A stretch of 54,262 nucleotides of DNA, counting the filler, from Trypethelium eluteriae (lineage: Eukaryota), in NCBI GenBank assembly GCA_051942245.1. It is 2 parts of 2 records of this genome, joined end to end, with 100 filler letters (N's around TTAATTAATTAA, not from the genome) between each part and the next. Parts side by side here need not be neighbours in the genome. Positions count along the whole stretch, not along the records: positions 27,213 to 54,262 come from JAVECL010000341.1; 1 more part is not named here. One strand, written 5' to 3'. The notes under the pieces were generated by a model. The model did no database searches. It was not told the DNA's origin and was given only the letters and a program-made list of their open reading frames with translations. Numbering within the stretch: the first letter of the stretch is position 1; each line of letters begins with the position of its first letter. Of this stretch, positions 50,001-54,262 are shown piece after piece. The translations under genes and the position numbers were made by a program.

Positions 50001-52004
50001 ATGGGTGAGTAACGAGCTACATGACGTGAAGCCTTGCCGCCAAGCCAATTTATACGCCCTTATCACAAGAAACCCGAGCTGACGATGTGCCGAAATAGCT
50101 CCAGCAAAGTCGAAAAGCCAGAAACTGTCCCTGGGAGAATTCCTAGGCGATCAGTGTACGTCACCACTCTTCTACAAGTAGTGTACGAATAATGATTGAC
50201 TGGTCATAGCACTCGGCTCATGGGCGGACGAAATGGAAGATATGCCTGTTTCCTGTAAGTTCTGACAGATAACTTCGATTGTGACTGCTTGCTAATAAGG
50301 TATGCAGCTGGTTAGTGTTCTCGCTTGCTTGGCAAAAAGCACCTCATCTTCACTCAAAACTTCTTCGGCACTGACTTTATCGACTTCCGCAGATTCAAGA
50401 GCAGGATATGGCGGCAATGACAGACGCGCCTTCAGCAGTGCCTCATCTTTTGGCGACCGTGGTGGCTTCGGGGAAAGGGATCGGGGTGGCTTTGGGGGTG
50501 AGTGTCCATAGAAATAACGTTTCTACTCATCGAAATCTACACATACTTATCACTGAATAGATCGTGGAGGATTTCAACCTCGCGAGAGATTGCCCCTTCC
50601 TTCAAAACCACCTTATACCGCCCACTTGGGTAACTTATCCTATGATTCGACTGAGGGAGATATACAGGACTTCTTCACCGGGTGCGCTGTATCGAGTGTG
50701 CGCATAGTTGAAGACAAGCAGGCAGGCAGACCGAAAGGGTTTGCCTATGTCGAGTTCAGTACACTGGACGGGCTGAAAAAAGCGCTTGACCTTGACAACA
50801 CTCCATTTGCTGGGAGGACACTTAGGATTAGTGTTGCAGATCCTCGTATGTTCGATCAACGCCCTTTCCAGGCTGAGATGACATTGACTGATGTGCAAAT
50901 GTAGCAAAGGATCGTCCAGAAGCTCGCGAACTCACCGACTGGACGCGAAAGGGACCGCTACCCGACCTCCCGAATCAGCGTCGCGCATCTGATAGGCCAG
51001 GATTCCGGAACTTCGATTCTGGATCGGACGCTGGGAGCGAACGAGCAGAGCGTCGAAGACCACCTCCGTTTGAAGGCGATGGCAAATCTCGGGACTTTGG
51101 CAATTGGGAGAGGAAGGGGCCGCTCTCACCCGTGCCGTCAGCAGCACCTCAGGTACGAGAAGGAGGAAGAGCCCGTGCTGGAGAGGGGCTCCGAGAGCGA
51201 AGGGCCTCCCCGCAATGGGGTGAAGCCCGGTCAAACGAGGGGTCGCGGCCACCCAAGGAGAGGCCTCAGTACGATCGTCAGCCGACTGCACCGGAAATGG
51301 ATAACCAGTGGCGAGCCCGGATGAAGCCGGATGCCCCTGTCACTTCACCGACTCCCACGCCTGAAGCCAGTACACCTTCTTCACCTGCTGGACCACCCCC
51401 GGCGGCGACAAGACCAAGACTCAACCTCTCTAAAAGGACTGTCTCTGAAGCTGAACCCGGCCCTCCCTCTGCAGGTTCTGAATCGAAGTCTAGCATCTTT
51501 GGTGGAGCGAAGCCTATCGATACTGCGACACGCGAAAGAGAGATCGAGGAGAAGCGCCAAATCGCTCTGCGGCAGAAGAAGGAACAGGATGATAAAGTTC
51601 GAGAGGAGAAGCGACTTGCAAAGGAGGCTACCGCCAAAGCCGAGAAGGACAGAGGTGCTGCATCACCTATCGCACCACAAGACGATGCAAAGGGTGCTGC
51701 AAAAGGAGAGGAAAAGGAGAATGGTGGGACCCCTACCCAAGCTGGACGAAATTATGAAATACTAAGACGCATGGCGGAGGGCGATGAAGAGGGCGATGAA
51801 GGTGCAGTTGACGCGCCAGCGAATGGAAACATCACGGAAGACAAGGAAGTCAAGCCAAAAGAAGTTGTGAGAGACATACAGAAGGATGGCGAAGAATCTA
51901 CTCCGGGATCGACGGCAGAGAATCTTGAGGAGGACGGCTTCAGCACTGTGACTCGAAAGACGAAGAACAACAGGAGGGGCGGCTCTCGAGCTCTGGCATC
52001 CTAA
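50001..52004 (+). CDS. TIF3: Translation initiation factor eIF4B; multi-exon
   Basis: MAPAKSKSQKLSLGEFLGDQSLGSWADEMED, RRM (PPYTAHLGNLSYD..KGFAYVEF), DWTRKGPLP repeats, RPRLNLSKRT and SIFGGAKPIDTA. Confidence 0.93.
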
Positions 52005-53538
52005 AGTAACGCCCGGTGCTGGACCCTTTTTTCCCCAATAGAGCGAGAGGGTGCCTCTTCTACTCCATTTCTATGAGACGGTTAGAGAGCATCTCATCTA
52101 TCGGCGTATAAGGTATTGCGTGTGGGCCGCATGGCGCTTGTGATACTTTCTAGCCTTTGATGTACCGAAAAATGTTCTTTGAGCACCTTTGTCCTGTCTT
52201 CTCCTATCACTCGGTTTCTCTCCTCCAGCATACACGCAACGCCACTGTTCAACCAAGCCTTTGCAAGCCATTGGAGATCTTGTGCTGAGGGGGAGGATTG
52301 GCGACCTTTCCATCCCGTTTGTCAATCTTCCACATCTTCGGCGCAATATTTCACTTACCCCCTCAACTTCATCGGTTTCTCTCCGAACATGAAAACTGCT
52401 TATTAAATTCTCGGTGCATGCTTCTGTCGGCCAGGGTAGCAAAACAATTTACCTGTCCGGACTGCAGCGAGGCTGTTGTGGAATAATTCTGGCTTTTGCA
52501 TGTAATAAAATGCACATCTACAGGCTGCAGTGTTAGAGATTGCTCTGTGTAAAGTTTTGTGTATTTCTAGTGGCACCATGGAAGTTTCACAAGATTACGA
52601 CTTCAAAGGGGACAATAAGTAACGAAGATTCGGTCTAATAGGATTGCGTCGATTGGTCATTTGATGTTGCTGTCTCGCGATTATACGTTATGCATCACAT
52701 TGTCAGCTACCTGATGAACGTAGGTTCAGCAAGCTGGCGAAGCCGTCGGTTATGCCTTGCTTCCTCGGTAAGGTAAAATGGCACTGAAATGAACACACAT
52801 TGCCGACCGCATCGGCTGTACATTTTCAGATGATCAAAGTTCACAGCGTTGTGATAACTGACCTCCCGTAAACGGTACCAAATGAATTTCCATATACCTA
52901 TCAGAAAGGCCCAGAGAGAATGTGTGTTTCGTTGAGTACAGACGCTTTCCAATCGTTTTGTTAGAGGCCAAAATACTGTAATACGCGAAGAACTAGAATA
53001 AAGATCTTAAGCACAGATGGACCATGGTACTGAGTACAGAGTACGGAGGTACATAGCGAGTCTAATCGAACGTCTGGGGCCTAACAATTGGGCTATTAGT
53101 TCACTGGATTCGGCCATGTTTGGACCAAGTCAGTGCAATCATCTGTGGCAGCTGCAGAAACCGGCGATAATTTCGCCAAGCACCAAAGCACGCAGGCACG
53201 GCAAGATTAGACCAGCTGAAGAGTAAGGCTGAGGGATTCCTCGCTTGGGACTAGAATATTAGGTACTGCAGGGATTGCACGGAAATGTGCATCATGGCAT
53301 GCGACCACTTTTCTTATGCGGACTCCCATGACAACGACAACTTCATTCACTACCTACACAGGTAATTTCCACTTCAGCCCACCTTTTCTCCTGTATCGTC
53401 TGTTTCGAGTCATCAGTCTGCTTCTACTGCATAACATGCATCTACTAGCGCTTATTAGAATATCTCATTCGCCCTCCACTCTTTTATGAACGCCTTCAGC
53501 ATAGACCAGATCCGTCATTCTCAGCCTCGCCTTCCATA

Positions 53539-54262
53539 ATGTCTTTCCTCTTTGGCGGCAAGAAAGGAAGTGCGACTGTACATACTGTGATACAGAACTC
53601 TCAGAAAAAGCCGAACAAACCGACACAGGCGCGAGAGAATCCTAAAGTCGTTCCGCCTCGAGCCAGCCCACACCCTTCGAAGGCTCTCTCAGTGGGCAAC
53701 AAAAGACCAACTCCAAGAAGCAGTCCTAAGCCTGCAGCGGTTGCTCGAGAGCGCATTGCGAGCAGTAGAAGTCGAAACAGCTCAACTCCTACCCAACAGT
53801 TCAGCTCGGACAGCGAAAGCAGCGAGGAGGATAATGAGATTGATTTGGCACCAGCGAGGAAGCGGGCGCGGGTAGAAGAGAGCGATCTCGATAGGAAGCT
53901 ATGCGCGATAGACGATGAGGTCGCAGAGGCCGAAAGGGAAATCTCCCGCCTAGTCGAGAGCGCAGACGTCACCTCAAAGGACACTACAAGCGGGCTACGC
54001 TCAGCATTCGACAGCCCAGACGAAGTCCAAAACGTCGAGCTTCAATACCCCAGCCGCTATCCTCCGGAGCGCTTCCAACTCGTCTACCCCCGCCAAGAAA
54101 AAGACTACCGCCCCGTCGTCGACATCATCGAAACCATCGAACAGATCGCCCTCCACCACTTCCCCCCCTCCGAGTCCAAACTTCTCCTCGACGACAGCGC
54201 CGGCTACCCCGCCCGCCTCCGTCGCGCGCTCAACAAGCAAATCCCCGCCGACTTCACCGCCG
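53539..54262 (+). CDS. DOT1: Histone H3K79 methyltransferase Dot1, N-terminal part (runs off window end)
   Basis: Open frame from ATG 53539 to the window end. A basic/low-complexity N-terminus is followed by VELQYPSRYPPERFQLVYP..DYRPVVDIIETIEQI..GYPARLRRAL, which I recognise as the Pezizomycotina Dot1 pre-catalytic region. The catalytic domain is not in the window. Confidence 0.75.
   Translation, partial: MSFLFGGKKGSATVHTVIQNSQKKPNKPTQARENPKVVPPRASPHPSKALSVGNKRPTPRSSPKPAAVARERIASSRSRNSSTPTQQFSSDSESSEEDNEIDLAPARKRARVEESDLDRKLCAIDDEVAEAEREISRLVESADVTSKDTTSGLRSAFDSPDEVQNVELQYPSRYPPERFQLVYPRQEKDYRPVVDIIETIEQIALHHFPPSESKLLLDDSAGYPARLRRALNKQIPADFTA

Overview
Fungal (filamentous ascomycete, Pezizomycotina-type) genomic DNA with spliceosomal introns. 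It consists of two contigs joined by an artificial N44-TTAATTAATTAA-N44 spacer at 27113-27212. The left contig is accessory-like: a putative DNA-transposon end, an MFS transporter, an O-methyltransferase, an alpha/beta-hydrolase, a divergent seryl-tRNA synthetase, an NLR locus, a sulfatase-GH28-GH106 trio, an MBL-fold protein, an aldo-keto reductase and a truncated C2H2 gene. The right contig has an NAD(P)-binding oxidoreductase with a stop-disrupted Zn2Cys6 TF, a DUF6594/small protein/caspase-like protease trio, and then housekeeping genes (RPS14, SNF4, PTC1, a membrane protein, eIF4B, 5' part of DOT1). Main highlight: a head-to-head pair of an NB-ARC-TPR NLR and a SesB-like lipase. The NLR's first exon, missed by the ORF track, and the lipase's extreme C-terminus share a ~27-aa Gly/Gln/Asn-rich motif (QIHQAGSCF-GDTQVMGGSIFQGNFVG vs RITQGGSRFTGSTTVSGGSLFQGNYAG). 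This is the layout of a fungal amyloid signalling system, with a motif I cannot assign to a named family. In this strain both partners carry premature stops. Gene models were spliced by eye and no database searches were run.
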